Positions 40,956-56,147 of a stretch of 64,000 nucleotides of DNA are shown one piece after another (positions within the stretch are counted from its first letter, which is position 1; the number at the start of each line of letters is the position of its first letter). Below the pieces are notes generated by a model. That model was not told where the DNA came from. It saw only the letters and a program-made list of their open reading frames with translations, and did not search any database. A program made the position numbers and the translations under genes. Source of the DNA: Eledone cirrhosa (lineage: Eukaryota); contig OZ024747.1 of NCBI GenBank assembly GCA_964016885.1, positions 82,894,001 to 82,958,000 of the forward strand, read 5' to 3'.

Positions 40956-41099
40956 TCGAAATAAGGAAATGAAAATATTTCGTCGCACACATACATACGA
41001 GACGACCCTAACCTTAACGCTAACCAGCCTTAACCCTAACGTGTATATACGCAATAAATCCGGTCAATCAAACGAGATATTTTCGTTTCCTTATTCCGA
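40956..41099. mobile_element. Small MITE-like element with 28-bp inverted repeats around CCCTAACC-type repeats
   Basis: TCGAAATAAGGAAATGAAAATATTTCGT versus ACGAGATATTTTCGTTTCCTTATTCCGA. Confidence 0.55.
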
Positions 41100-41428
41100 G
41101 CTCTATTGCCAAGTATTCTCGTAATGTTTTTGGTAGGTTTTATTTTTAGAAGCGCGTTTTGTATTATTTCTCTGGCAAACGAACTAAGACATCCGTTCAA
41201 CATTAGCCATTTCTAGAGTGACAGCAGACGTTAGAGAACTATTTCTAAAGTGACAGATAGAAACAGCATAATTCTCATTGAATGAAATAATACCGAGAGG
41301 AAAAACATGCCATCGAGTAAGCTTCTACGCGGTGGTTTGACCGACTAAAATAGCAGTTAAATCTCCCTAATCTCTTTTTAAAAAAGAGAACATTGTATAA
41401 GTAACTTAGCAATTCGATAAATAGTGAT

Positions 41429-41632
41429 CTGGCCAGCCTCAGGTGTGAGCCTCGAGAGCTGGAATGACTTTTCCAGCGCGTCTCCCTTGCCGTCCTCCGG
41501 GGAAACGCCTTCTCCATTCTGTCCGCCGAGGCTGTGGGGAGGCCACCAATATGATTTGACTAACTTGTCATTTTATCAGTCAGATGGTTTTAGACATCAT
41601 CCACTGCCCCTAGACTGCTATGTATTTTTTAA
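41429..41632 (+). mobile_element. 3' end of a CRE-like non-LTR retrotransposon
   Basis: LASLRCEPRELE*LFQRVSLAVLRGNAFSILSA matches the LFQR.S.A..RGNA..IL terminus of CRE-type elements. Confidence 0.75.
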
Positions 41633-42096
41633 TTGACCCCTATTTCAAAAAGAGAACATATTGGATAATGTTCTGTAAATACAGAAGGCTTGAAAAGACG
41701 ACAAAATAGTCATGACTAGTATGTTTTTATTGGGTGGGGGGTTGTAATCATAGGTCTGCTCAGCTATGGCCTACATGGTATTAACAAAGACGATGAGAAA
41801 AAAAAAGTACGTGGAAAACAAAGGAAAGTACAGTAATTTGAAAAATAACAAATAGAAATGGTAACATTTAAATTCAATTTGAATATATTTTGTGAGAGAA
41901 ATAACCCGTCCTATTGTTGTTAATTCCTTATTGAGCAACTCGGGTCTGTTTCAAATAATGACTCAAACAGACCTGCCAACCTCTAAAAACACAAACGGGG
42001 AGTACCGTGGAAAAGCGTGCCCGAAAACGGGAAGAAATGGGGCAAAATGGGGAGATTTTACATAATGAAAGCTATACCCATTTTCACAAGAATATA

Positions 42097-42299
42097 CAGG
42101 GTGTCCCCAAAAATGTATACACACTGATTACCTGTACAGGCAATATTTATTAGAATGTTGTTGAAGTGTATACATTTTTTGTATACACCACATATATATA
42201 TACATACACATACAGGATGTCCCAAAAAATGTATACAACATTCTAATAAATATTGCCTGTACAGGTAATCAAAGTGTATACATTTTTGGAGACACCCTG
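42097..42299. mobile_element. Two adjacent, mutually inverted Tc1/mariner-type MITEs (TIR CAGGGTGTCCC, TA flanks)
   Basis: TA-CAGGGTGTCCCCAAAAATGTATAC...GTATACATTTTTGGAGACACCCTG-TA. The second unit starts at 42213. Confidence 0.8.
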
Positions 42300-44083
42300 T
42301 ATATATGTATATATACGTGTGTGTGTATGTGTGTGTGTGTATATATACATATATATATGTGTGTGTGTGTGTGTGTGTATGTGTGTGTGTGTGCGTGTTC
42401 TCTTCATATCGAGACGTTAAGTGAATTACGTAAGTTTTCGATTTTTTTTCCTAATATCAATTCGCATGAGTATAGTTTTTCATACTGTTATTTTTATTTC
42501 TTTATACAAACCAGGATTTTGTTTCGCTTCGATTCATTCCTTTTTACGCGTTATTTTTCCAATTAAAATGCATTAAAAATTAGTATATGTAAATTGAATA
42601 TTTGTTCGCTTGCAGTATAGTCATTATATTCTTTAAATTAGCGTTAGTCATAAATAATATCTTCATTTTCTGGAATATCAATTCTCCTTAGTTTGCAAAA
42701 TTTTGACACATGATTAAATTTCTTCGCTGTTCTGAGGGTTCTTTGAGGGTTTTTTTACTAAGTCCCCCCCCCCCACCCCACCCCACCCAGCACAAACTAG
42801 TTTAAATGTGATGCAGTAATTATCAACGGGAAAGCAATGAATTCACAGGGCCGCTAGAAAGTGGGGTAAGAATACTTTCTGTCATTCGTTCTGGCTCTCT
42901 GAGTTCTGAGTTCAAATGATACGGAAACCAAATTTGCCTTTCATCCTTCTATAACTCTTTCTCACCTCCTCTCTGTCACTTTCTCTCCTTTTTGTGGGGA
43001 TGTGTGGGGTGGAGAAATCGGCTGTTTTCCGATCTAGAGAGGGATGGGCTCTTCCCCCAAGAAACACCGTATGTCACTACGATGCCTTATGACGCCCCTA
43101 TAAGTTAAAGGGTCCATACATAATATCAACACCTATTCCATTCACAGTATTTAGCTATGTTCGTCTATCGATTGTTGTCTCTATAATTCTTAACCGTTTG
43201 TTCGGAGTTTCTTTCCTAATACATATGGATGTTTTGTTGTTATTTTTCTCTCTTAATTCTTGAAATCATTTTGAGAATTTTACAGACATTACCATTTCTT
43301 TTACTCAAACACGCAATGTCAAGTCGGAATAAAAGCTTAAATGTTTAAAAATCAAAATAATTGTTAACTGATAAAATGTTATAAAAGCATACAGTGCAGG
43401 TTACCCGCCAAAACAAAAATCGTGAGAACACGCATATACGGGGTTACTTGGTGTGCTAGAAATAGCAACCATATCTCCATTGTATAACGTCCTTCTTCAT
43501 AAATAGTTTCTTTAAAAAAAGAAAATAGACATGCACATTGGTTATACAGTCCTCGTAACACTGTCTTCACACTCAAAATAACAGTCTAATTGCTGGAACC
43601 AGACCTTTGGAATATATTTCTTTTTAATTTAAGAATCGACCATTTCCTATTGCATTTTGTTTTGCATATCTATAAAAAGAGCCAAAGCCGGTCGTTTAAA
43701 GTTGGATAAAACACGGCATCCAAGGAAACTAGTGAGTATCTCGGAACAGGGTTTTTTATGTTAAACATATGAAAGACGGGTTCTGAAGTTATTCTGTTCC
43801 ATAGAACTTCATACAGTGTGACCTCAGTTATAAAAGCTATGGGGAACATGTTCATCTCCAGTCAAACCATTAAATCCTTTTCAGGTACTACATGACAGAA
43901 AATAGCGTTTCAGATTGTGTATCCTGCCTTATGGTGAACATTTTATGAAACCTCAGCCTTGCTAGTTTTACTACGATTCTTTTCCTCCTTTTACTGGTTT
44001 CAGTCATTTGACTGCGGCTTTGCTGGGGCACCACATTAAAAGGACTTAGTGGATCATATGAAGAGCTCTCCATGATATCATAA

Positions 44084-44284
44084 TGATTTCTACTTTAGGT
44101 ACAATGCCAGTAATTTGGGTTGGGGAAAGTCGATTAAATCGACCCCAGTTCGTTACTGGTACTTCATTTTTATCGACCACGTAAGGATGAAAGGCAGGAT
44201 TTGAACTCAGAACGTAAAACGCAGTAACAATATGCCGCAAAGCATTTTGTCCGACGCTCTACCGATACTGCCAATCCACCACCC
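44084..44284 (-). mobile_element. SINE family 1 (long form) with TSD CTCCATGATAT
   Basis: TSD at 44068-44078 and 44285-44295. Confidence 0.88.
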
Positions 44285-45192
44285 CTCCATGATATAATAT
44301 AATCCGAACTAATTTATTAAAAACTATAAAATTCTGCTGTGTTTTATCAGTTCTTCCTAAATAGAGATTCCCTACATTCTTGTATTCACGTAAACTTAGT
44401 AAGATACAACCCTAAATCTTCTGTCGTAGAAATTCAAATTAGTATCCAGTCAAACATTATTTTAATGGAGGCTTAAAATAAGTATTTATCATGGTGGGAG
44501 AGCTATTCTGGAGATGCACTGATTTATTTATTTACTTAACATTTGATAACAAGGCAGTTGTTAAAACAACTGCCAGTTTATATAAACATTTGTAATAGTC
44601 TGTATTTCTTTCATCTCTTCTTTATAAGGTTAGAGTATTCAATGTTCAGGTTTCAAATATAGAATTATTTTTATTCATACGAGTAAACCTATTTTCACTC
44701 ACAAACATACAAGCATCTAAGTAAGCTATATACATGTTATGTTCCTTTTAGTAATATTTTCCCATGTTTAATTCCGGGTTGGCTGCATGCTATAGAATTT
44801 CAGTTATGTTTTCTTTATATACCCTGCTTGTTAACATGCTATGGTGAGTTATCACTGCATGCATCCGTATTACTCTGTTTATATTACTGAATGTGTATCG
44901 GAATTTGTAAAATAATAACATGTATCATTTATCTGAAATTCTTTGATATCCGCCTTCGTTGATTTTGCTTTGCTCGTCGAATTTAACTGGATGCTTGTGA
45001 ATACGAGATATTATGTTAACTTATATATTCCTGACAGAAATTACCAAAATTATATTACTGAAAGTCTCCCTTCGGTCATGAGTTGGCACCCGGAAAGTTC
45101 TTTCCAAGACACAGTGTTTGTTGTAGAATAGTAGGTTAAGGCATTACGTTCGATGATCTAAAAGTTCTTTCAATGCACTGACCCAGGACTGA

Positions 45193-45507
45193 AAAGGCAA
45201 AGTCGACCTCAGCAAGATTTGAACTCAGCACAGAGCCAGAACAAATACTACGGCGCATTTTAATTCGATGTTTCAACGTCACTGCTAATTCACAACTACT
45301 ACTTATGTTGTTGTTGAAGGCGGTGGATTGGTAGTATCGGTAGAGGGTCGGACGCCATGCTTTGCAATATAGAGTTACGGCTCTTTACGGTCTGAGTTCA
45401 AATCCCGCCGAAGTTAACTTTGCCTTTCATCTTTACGGGGTCGATAAAATAAAGTACCAGTAATGTACTGACTAATTTCTGGCCTTGTGCCAAGAATAGA
45501 AACAATT
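45193..45507. mobile_element. Head-to-head SINE family 1 pair (old - copy 45193-45295; full + copy 45319-45507)
   Basis: Both match the consensus. Confidence 0.85.
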
Positions 45508-45994
45508 ATTGTTGTTATTTCTGAACTGTTTTCGTTCTGTAAGTTTTGTTTGTTTTCATCCATTTGAATTGGTTTTTTGCTGAAATGTTTTGTAGCAAAG
45601 GGAACATAAGGCACCAGTCTTTGTCCTTGAAAAAGGGTATCCCTATAATATTTGGGCTTTTGGTTCGAATATTAAATTTGAGATTTTGCCAGAGCGGCCA
45701 AATGTTCCTCGAGAACAGCGTGCGCCATGAAGACAATTCAGGCGGAAGTCTGTAATAGTAACAATGTCACCACTACAGCTATCACCAGCGACAATGGCAA
45801 CGAGAAAATAAAACAACAGCAGCAGCGGCGGCGGCGGCAACAGCAAAATCACGTGACATAATTTAAATGAGTGTACTGAGGAAATAAACCATCCAGAGAA
45901 TTAAAATACACTTATTCCCCGTGCTAATTTTTCTGGGCCCGAATTAGACTTATTTCGTTCCTATAACATTATAAAGTTGAAACAAAGTAATAAA

Positions 45995-46312
45995 TGTTTC
46001 TACTTGGGCACAAGGCTAGCAATTACCCAGTACATTACTGGTACTTTATTTTATCGACCCCATAAGGATGAAAGGCAAAGTTAACCTCGGCGGGATTTGA
46101 ACTCAGTCCGTAAAGGTACGTAACTGTGCGGCAAAGCATGGCGTCCGACCCTCTACCGATACTGCCAATCCACCACCCTTAAAGTAATAATTGTTTCTAC
46201 TTTTGGCACAAGGCCAGCAATTACCCAGTGCATTACTGGTACTTTATTTTATCGACCCCGTAAGGATGAAAGGCAAAGTTAACCTCGGCGGGATTTGAAC
46301 TCAGAATGGAAA
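45995..46312 (-). mobile_element. Two tandem SINE family 1 copies (45995-46179 full, with TSD AAAGTAATAA; 46191-46312 truncated)
   Basis: TSD at 45984-45993 and 46181-46190. Confidence 0.9.
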
Positions 46313-47403
46313 GAGCCTAATTTATTCAAATTATTCTAAATAGTCATGTTTTTCTGTCCCGAGAATGTAGTATTTTGGGATATTTCTTGTTAGTTTCAGA
46401 TGGACTGGATGGTTGGGATAATCGGAAATATGTGTAATTATAATCAGTGATACTTAATTTTATCGATAACCCGGAAAGCTGAAAGGCAAGTGGAATGAGC
46501 CATATTCCTTTTCTATAAGAACAATTTAAACACGAAGCCAGAAATTTAAGTTGGCGGGAAGTCGATTAAATTGACGCCAGTTTTTGATTGAGTTTATCAA
46601 CTCAAAAACATGAAAATCATGAGAAAATAAGGCATGTTTCTTTTCTAACAAAAATAATCCATGTGCCTATATAAAGCCTGCCAATCCTTGTTAGCGAAAA
46701 CATTTTGCATTACTTGCTATGTCTCCAACAGTGACATCAATACTGAGAAGCTTCTTCTTGCAAATAAGACATCTCCTCTCCCAGCAGGCCACATGTCTTG
46801 TAGGCAATTACACCTTATACTTTCTAACATGAATAATGTAGGCGCAAATAGACATTGCCAACTGGCGATTATTTTATTTCATTTTATTTTTCTCTTTTAG
46901 TATGGCTTGCCAGACGTGTGATAGCTGTTTGATCTATCTTATACTGTCAGTTATTTTCAATTAGAAGCGCATCCCATGTATAGAAAGCAGCTGCCGTAAG
47001 AGTAACACGTCATTTCATTTACTGTTGGACGATCATTAACGGAATCATTTCAATCTGTGGGATTAAAATTTCTCACGATGGAATATCTGCTGTGAGTATA
47101 GATACAAATGCACGCGCTCACATGAAGATATATTGAAGCAACTAAGCTTTTATACTTAGAAAATATGTCTGTGTACTTTCCCATGTTTCATTTATAGACT
47201 ATGACCAATGGATTTAATCGATTATATCAACCACAGTACTTACTTTATCGAGTCTAGTACTTATTTTATCGTTCTTTATTTGTCGAACAGTTATGGAACA
47301 TAACGATACGGTGAACGCATGCGTTCTCACACTAAAATCATTGTTGAAATCGAGGTTATAGTAGAAGATACTTGCCCAATGTGCCGCGCAGAAGGTATAT
47401 ATA

Positions 47404-47507
47404 CAGGGTGTCCCCAAAAAATGTATACACACTTAAACAGCATTGTAATAAATATCGTCCGGACAGGTAATCAAAGTGTGTATACATTTTTTTTATAGAC
47501 ACTTTAG
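47404..47507. mobile_element. Tc1/mariner-type MITE, third copy
   Basis: Same TIR and interior as 42213-42299. Confidence 0.75.
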
Positions 47508-48128
47508 TAGAGAGACACTCCCCACCCCCAATTGCTGGTCATGTGCCAATGTTAGAAATAATTATATACGGTTTCACTAAATTGTTATTCTTTTGATGTT
47601 AGTATTGACTCCATTAAATGGCTTGGTCTAATGTAAATTATATTATCCTGTTGTCTTCTTTTCCATGCTATACTTGATATTTTCAAATTGTCTTCTTAAT
47701 TAGCTGGTCACTTTTTTTTTTTTTAATTGATTTGAATTGTTCATTTGTTGGGATCGGTATCTCCGTGTTTCAACTGCCAACTCAACTGTTATTTATCCTG
47801 CTTATAAATCAGACCATTTAAAAAAAAATATGATTTTATTTTTATTATCTCATTTCTTCTGCTGAGTAAGCAAATTTGTTACATAATGATATATTTTCCT
47901 GCAATGTACTGGGTCATGATCCAGAATTATTTAAGTAAAGCATAGTACCAATCACTGTTATTGGCTAATGTATATGATTTTTTTTTCTTTTCATTGTCCT
48001 AAGTGCGCTTCTGTATATATTGCAGAAATATTTTTAGAGCTTATTCGGGATAGAAAGGGCAACACCGATGACCCTATATATTTTTTCATGGCCATTCAGG
48101 CAGGAGGAAAGAAGTAGTTATGCTCAAA

Positions 48129-48655
48129 CCTTTCTATAAAGACTGCTTCATCGGTGTATCTGGCTGTGAAGTCCTTTCTATAAAGACTGTTTCTTCGGTG
48201 AATCTGGCTGTGAAGTCCTTTCTATAAAGACTGTTTCTTCGGTGAATCTGGCTGTGAAGTCCTTTCTATAAAGACTGTTTCTTCGGTGAATCTGGCTGTG
48301 AAGTCCTTTCTATAAAGACTGTTTCTTCGGTGAATCTGGCTGTGAAGTCCTTTCTATAAGGACTGTTTCTTCGGTGAATCTGGCTGTGAAGTCCTTTCTA
48401 TAAGGACTGTTTCTTCGGTGAATCTGGCTGTGAAGTCCTTTCTATAAAGACTGTTTCTTCGGTGAATCTGGCTGTGAAGTCCTTTCTATAAGGACTGTTT
48501 CTTCGGTGAATCTGGCTGTGAAGTCCTTTCTATAAGGACTGTTTCTTCGGTGAATCTGGCTGTGAAGTCCTTCCTATAAGGACTGCTTCTTCGGTGTATC
48601 TGCCTGTGGGCGTTCTTTCTATAAGGACTGCTTCTTCGGTTTATCTGGCTGTGAA
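48129..48655. repeat. 44-bp minisatellite CCTTTCTATAAAGACTGTTTCTTCGGTGAATCTGGCTGTGAAGT x12
   Basis: Units start at 48129, 48173, and onward; edge units are diverged. Confidence 0.97.
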
Positions 48656-49835
48656 CGTCTCATTCGTTACTTTGATAATATAATCGATTTTAATTCTTTT
48701 GCAGTTCTGTTCTTGTGTAGATCATCTCTTTTGGGGGACAATGTCCACTTAAGAAGTATAATTTTTCAATCGTCACCGTTGCAAATATTTTCGTCTATGA
48801 GCTGTGTGTTTTTAGACATGTGGTTATAGTTTTGATAGCAACGCATTCTTGAGCAATTCTAGCTATTGTACCATTCTTCGTGAATAACACAATACGAACT
48901 CAGAAAATGTTTCGTGATAAGCGCTAGGAAATATTTAGCCTCATTTCATGCTACATGTGGCTTGCATCTGATGTTGTTTATTTGGATTTTTGGTTCCTGT
49001 GAATGTGTGTATGAATTCTAATTTTTCTTTAAACTAGCTCATTGTAGAGTTTTATCGTAGAATGGTGTGCTCTGTCGAATATTGCTTTTTCATGGGATAT
49101 TGTGGTGATTTTGCATATGTTGCTGTCCAATTTCTTTCTTACGAAAGTTGAGTGGTTGAAATTTTTAGTTTATATATAGCGGTACACTGCTCGATTTTTT
49201 TATATGAAGAATCACGTAATTCTTTAATTCTTAAATCACATAAATCTTTAATAATTTATCCATAAATTAAGAAGATATCAAGCATCGCGTTCTTTCACAC
49301 ACTTGTTAAATATACATACATACTGATATTCAAGGTGAATGAATACTGAGAAAGGACGATTAGTTGTATTGTTGTTTTCTGGAACCTGCTTGTATCTTTA
49401 CATTTATAGTCGAGTTGCTGAAATCTAAACAGAAATGATTATCATTCCTGTTGTACCGAATATAAACGGAATGATAAACACATTTCTTACATGACAGTGA
49501 TTTTAATTCAGCAGCTAAAGCAATTGTAAGCATTCCAGCTGTTTTTACACGTCATTATTCCCACCTTGTAAAATCGAGTCAAGGGAAAAATTCGTAGACT
49601 ATCAAATAAGGTGCTTTACTGCATTTAGATACAACCACTGTTTTGAGTTCAAATTTCTGCCGATGTTGGCTGACTTTATTTTTTTATTTCCTGGGTGAAT
49701 AAACTAAAAGCCGATCAAATATAGAATTCAATTAAATTAATTAACCTCCAATTTCTTCATCCCCTCCTCTTTATTATCGAGCGTTGAACAAAATACTTTG
49801 TACTATTTCTTCCGACATTTTAATCGTGTTTATAT

Positions 49836-50207
49836 CCCACCGAGATCAACTTCGCCTTTCATCCTTACGGGGTCGATAAAATGAAGTACCAGTAATGCAC
49901 TGGGTCAATTTAATCGACGTTCCCCTCCCCTTCAAATTGCTGGCCTTGTGTCTAAAGTAGAAACAATTATTATTATTATTTGTTTCAGGGCAGTTCATTG
50001 GCAGTATCGGTAGAACGTTGAACGCCATGCTTAGTGGCGTAGAGTTACGGCCCTTTTCGTTCTGAGTTCAAATCCCGCTGAGGTTAGCTTTGCCTTTCAT
50101 ACTTACGAGGTCGATAAAATAAAGCACCAGTAATGTACAGGAGTCGATTTAATCGACTTTCCCCTCCCCCAAAATTGTTGGCCTTGTAACTAAATCAGAA
50201 ACAATTA
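49836..50207 (+). mobile_element. Two tandem SINE family 1 copies (long form)
   Basis: 49836-49969 truncated with (TTA)n tail; 49988-50207 full. Confidence 0.9.
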
Positions 50208-50486
50208 TTATTTGTTACAGGTTGTGTTCCTCGTGTTTTCATCGCTGTGAAAGTTTTACACAAACTGTTGTATGTTTAACCTTTAAGGTTTTGAAATTGA
50301 GAAATTGTTCCAGCGTGTTCATATATATATGCCAAAGTCCATCTCAACGACCGATGGTCCTCAAGTTCTGTGGCTTTCGTTTGTATTTTAATTTTCAAAA
50401 AATAATTTTTGAAGGTTTCCCCTTAAAAAATAAATTGTTTGTTTTTTTTGCCCTGTTTTTGTTCGTTGTCTTGTTGATTTTCCTAC

Positions 50487-50539
<53 letters not shown>

Positions 50540-50830
50540 CACAACACCTTTCTAAGAGAAGGAAACTCTGAAAAAAACCTGCGGCTTCGGAAGCATCCGA
50601 TGATGTTGACCAGTTCTTTTCGAGTAGTGTTTTTGATGTTCAGAGAGTGGGATTGGTCGAGTGCAAGGCCTTTACCCACTTAAAAAAACTTCAAAGCACA
50701 GGCATTGCTTGTTCAGGTTATATTACAGGTTCGTAGCCTAAAAGAGCACCATTTTCTGTAATCTGACAAGCGATTGCAGTACTTTCTTGCAGCCATCATA
50801 TATATATATATATGTATGTATGTATGTGTG

Positions 50831-50863
<33 letters not shown>

Positions 50864-51653
50864 GTGTACATATATATATGCGTGTGTGTATGTATGTGTA
50901 TCAAGTTTAACTAGTAGAGTTCTATTTTATTGTGATACGATAGAAGATTTGCAACTCAATGTATTATCACAATCACAATCATGAAGAACAAACTAAATCG
51001 ATGGTTGGAGTATTAGGTAAATTTTACGTACAAATCTACATAAGGTAATCTAATATAGATATTAAGTTTGTATATGTTTGTGGGAAAGCAATTTTGGCTG
51101 AGAGAAAATGCGTGGTTCTAACTACACGACTGAATTATTTCGTGACTATATCAAATCTCTTCATTATATTATTTCTGGTTTAGCTTATCTACGATTGTTG
51201 TTTGTGAGATCAGAACAAATTTTGAAGATATATAAATAGAAATAGTGTCAATACTATTCAGAGAAAATGTCTGACGCGATTGGAGACGAGATGAGAACAC
51301 TTATGTTGTATGTTGTGATTCCCTTGGTGGGCCAAAGCTGATTGAGATTCAACCTGGTTGATGTCACACTCTCTCTATTCTTGCCTCAGCATGTTTATTC
51401 TGGCAGTGATTGTTTCAAAATTGTTTCTGAACAAAGCTAGACATATGTTCTTATATAGAGTTAATTAATTCAGATGCTCTCCCGTGACTTCAGTTTTCCT
51501 ATTTTCTCTCCCTTTTACATATTAATATTTATGACTATAAATATGAATGAATGCTAATACAAACACTTGCGTGCAGAAATATTCGTGCTCATTGATACTT
51601 AGAAGAACATATTAATATAGCGAAACACACACAGACACACTGATAGGTATGTG

Positions 51654-51710
<57 letters not shown>

Positions 51711-51957
51711 GCGTGTGTGTGTGCAATAAATATGTATATAAATATATATCTATATATATATGTGTGTGTGTGTAATATATATATATTTGTGTATAATGTA
51801 TATATGTTTGTGTATATAATATATATATGTGTGTTTGTGCATAATATATGTATATATGTGTTTGTGCATTATATATATGTTTGTGCGTGTATATAATATA
51901 TATATATGAATGTATATGCATATATATGTATGTTCATATATATATATATTTATATGC

Positions 51958-52001
<44 letters not shown>

Positions 52002-52182
52002 GCATATATATATATATAAATATGCATTATGCATATATATATATATAAATATGCATTATGCATATATATATATATATATATACGCATTATGTATATATAT
52101 ATACACATACATACATATATATACTTATACACACACACACATATATATATACATATACACACACACATATATACATATACAT

Positions 52183-52240
<58 letters not shown>

Positions 52241-52476
52241 GTGTATGTGTGTGCAGTGTACATGATCACTTTTAAAATAAATATAGATATTCAGAGATAG
52301 AAATTTTTTGAATAGATAAGAGACATTTTTTTTCTCAATTTAAACCAACCAGAAAATCATCCTTAGAGATTAATGCAATTGCCTTTCCTCAGCTATCAGG
52401 CAATTTACTACTGTTCTATTCATACACAAATATACGTCTATTTTAAAACATATACACGTGTACATGCATGTATATA

Positions 52477-52564
<88 letters not shown>

Positions 52565-52635
52565 CATGTATATATACATTATATATATATAAGCACGCAC
52601 ACTCAGACATTTATATATACATATATGTGTATATG

Positions 52636-52695
<60 letters not shown>

Positions 52696-52935
52696 CACAC
52701 GTACACACACTTATATATATATCCATATACGCATATGCGTATATGTATATATATATATGCATATATGTGTGTAAATATATATATATGTGTATATATATGT
52801 ATATATATGTATATATGTATATATATGTATATATATGTATATATATATATATATATGTATGTATATATATATATGTATGTATGTATATATATATGTATAT
52901 ATATGTATATATATATGTATATATATATGTATATA

Positions 52936-52991
<56 letters not shown>

Positions 52992-53120
52992 TGTATATAT
53001 TCGGGAGAATCCCGAATGAAACAGTTCTAGTTCTGTAGAAGCCATTTCTATATTAAATATTTATACTCTGCTATGTATTGAGTACCTTACTTACTGTGGT
53101 TACCTCCGATTGAACCCAGG

Positions 53121-53163
<43 letters not shown>

Positions 53164-53190
53164 GATTACAATAACCAATTTTCTGGTTCC

Positions 53191-53262
<72 letters not shown>

Positions 53263-53370
53263 ATACTTTGGGAGGGTCATTATTGGCAACATGACCCTCC
53301 CAAAGTATAACAATATCGGTTTCAACACACGATTTCAGATAAAGAATCTTGCTAAACAAATTCAGAAACG

Positions 53371-53425
<55 letters not shown>

Positions 53426-53668
53426 TATATACTTTTAATATAGAAGAGCTTCTACAGGACTAGAACCTCCGATTCAACCCGTATATATATATATATATAT
53501 ATATATACTGTATATCTATATGTATACATATATTTGTATATGTATATGTATCTATATATATGTGTAAATGTACATATGTATATGTATATATATGTATATA
53601 TATGTATATATGTATATATATAAATATATGAGAGAGAGAGAAGCAAAAAACACACATACATGTAGATG

Positions 53669-53732
<64 letters not shown>

Positions 53733-53999
53733 TATTCAGCGGTAATCTGACTGTATTTCCACATTATATGTTTGTGTGTGATTGTGCATATAAATATGGG
53801 CAATGTGCATTTAAACACTTTCTCTACATATCTTTCAACGTATGCTTATGGATAGTCATACATATAGAAATACATCGTATTACAAGCATATACAAGCACT
53901 CTTATTCACGTGTATATATGTATCTGTATATACACACGCATATATGCATATAGATGTAAATAACTATTCATGTGTAAAATAGGTATGGATACGTATACA

Positions 54000-54081
<82 letters not shown>

Positions 54082-54091
54082 TATATATATA

Positions 54092-54253
54092 TAACGAAGG
54101 AAATGTGGTAAGGAACCAGGTGGACCATAACGCAGCAAAGTACTCAATACTTAGGGTAGTAGAGTGGGTAATAGGAACAAGTTTCGACGGCTAATTCTGT
54201 ACAGAATTAGCCGTCGAAACGGCTTGAGCTCAGCCGTCGGGGTCTTACTTGTT

Positions 54254-54257
<4 letters not shown>
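54092..54257. mobile_element. PLE terminal fragment folded back at the HHR stem II
   Basis: Perfect 40-bp palindrome at 54181-54220, followed by GGC-TTGAGCTCA-GCCG-TC-GGGGT. Same family as 15838-15948. Confidence 0.75.
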
Positions 54258-54333
<76 letters not shown>

Positions 54334-54549
54334 CATATATATATGTAAGTATGTATGTATGTATACGTACATACATATATGTATACAGACGTACAGTAGT
54401 ATGTATGTATATATACATACATGCACACATATATACATGTGTACGTCTGTATACATATATGTATGTACGTATACATACATACTTACATTTAAGTAAGTGC
54501 CGTACTAAGAGTGAGAAATGAAATTTCGTTTCATTCTATTCCATTTATA

Positions 54550-54617
<68 letters not shown>

Positions 54618-54618
54618 C

Positions 54619-54669
<51 letters not shown>

Positions 54670-54684
54670 CATATATATATATAC

Positions 54685-54776
<92 letters not shown>

Positions 54777-54793
54777 GCACATATATATATAGA

Positions 54794-54858
<65 letters not shown>

Positions 54859-54859
54859 G

Positions 54860-54958
<99 letters not shown>

Positions 54959-55436
54959 AGGGATATATATATAAACACACGGCAAAGCCATTGATTTACA
55001 ATAGTTGTAACGAAATAAAATAATAACAAGTACAAAAAATATACATATGTATATGTATAAGATATATCAATCGTTTATAAAACTCACAATAGCATTAGCA
55101 TCAGTAAACAAACCTTGTGGGTTAGGAACATATTTTATAGAATCCTCACGTGTCGGGATCTTTATGATGCTACATTTGTTTAAAAGAAAAATATATCTTG
55201 AAAAACCCGTGTATATTTTCTTTGGTCATTATCATTTAATTTGTTGTTTGTTACACTCAGCATGCGCCATGTTGGATTCCCCAAGCGAGGTATTAGCGAA
55301 ACGTAACAAAACAACACACTGGTCTGTTTGTTGGTTTCTTGATTTCTTTCAATGAAGGAATTGACATGAAGACTGGAATACTGAATGAAACGGAAGATAT
55401 TATGTGTATGCATGCGTATATATATATATATGTGAC

Positions 55437-55471
<35 letters not shown>

Positions 55472-55545
55472 AGGTACACACACAGATACATTCACATATG
55501 TACACTCATGTATATACATATACATATGTATATATATACACACAC

Positions 55546-55576
<31 letters not shown>

Positions 55577-55927
55577 CACACACATACATATATATATACA
55601 CATACACATACATATGTATATACATGTATATATACACACATATACATATATATACATATATATATATACACACACATACATATATACGCACACATACATA
55701 TATATACATATATATATATATATAAATATACACACACATACATACATATATTTATATACACACATACATATATATATATATATATACACACATATATATA
55801 TATACACATACTTGCATGTATATATATATATATACACACATACATATATATATATACACACATACATATATATATACACACATACATACATATATATATA
55901 CATATATATATATATACACATACATAC

Positions 55928-56025
<98 letters not shown>

Positions 56026-56082
56026 CCAGGTATCAAAAAGAAATGAAAGAATAAAGAAGAAAGAAATGATATATATATACAT

Positions 56083-56147
<65 letters not shown>

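Noticed and set aside
41005-41040. CCCTAACC-like repeats as interstitial telomere
   Set aside because: Only a few degenerate units, inside a small inverted-repeat element.
48129-48655. Regular 44-bp array (and the 76-bp array at 60491) as a possible CRISPR
   Set aside because: Head-to-tail identical units with no unique spacers, no cas genes, and eukaryotic context.
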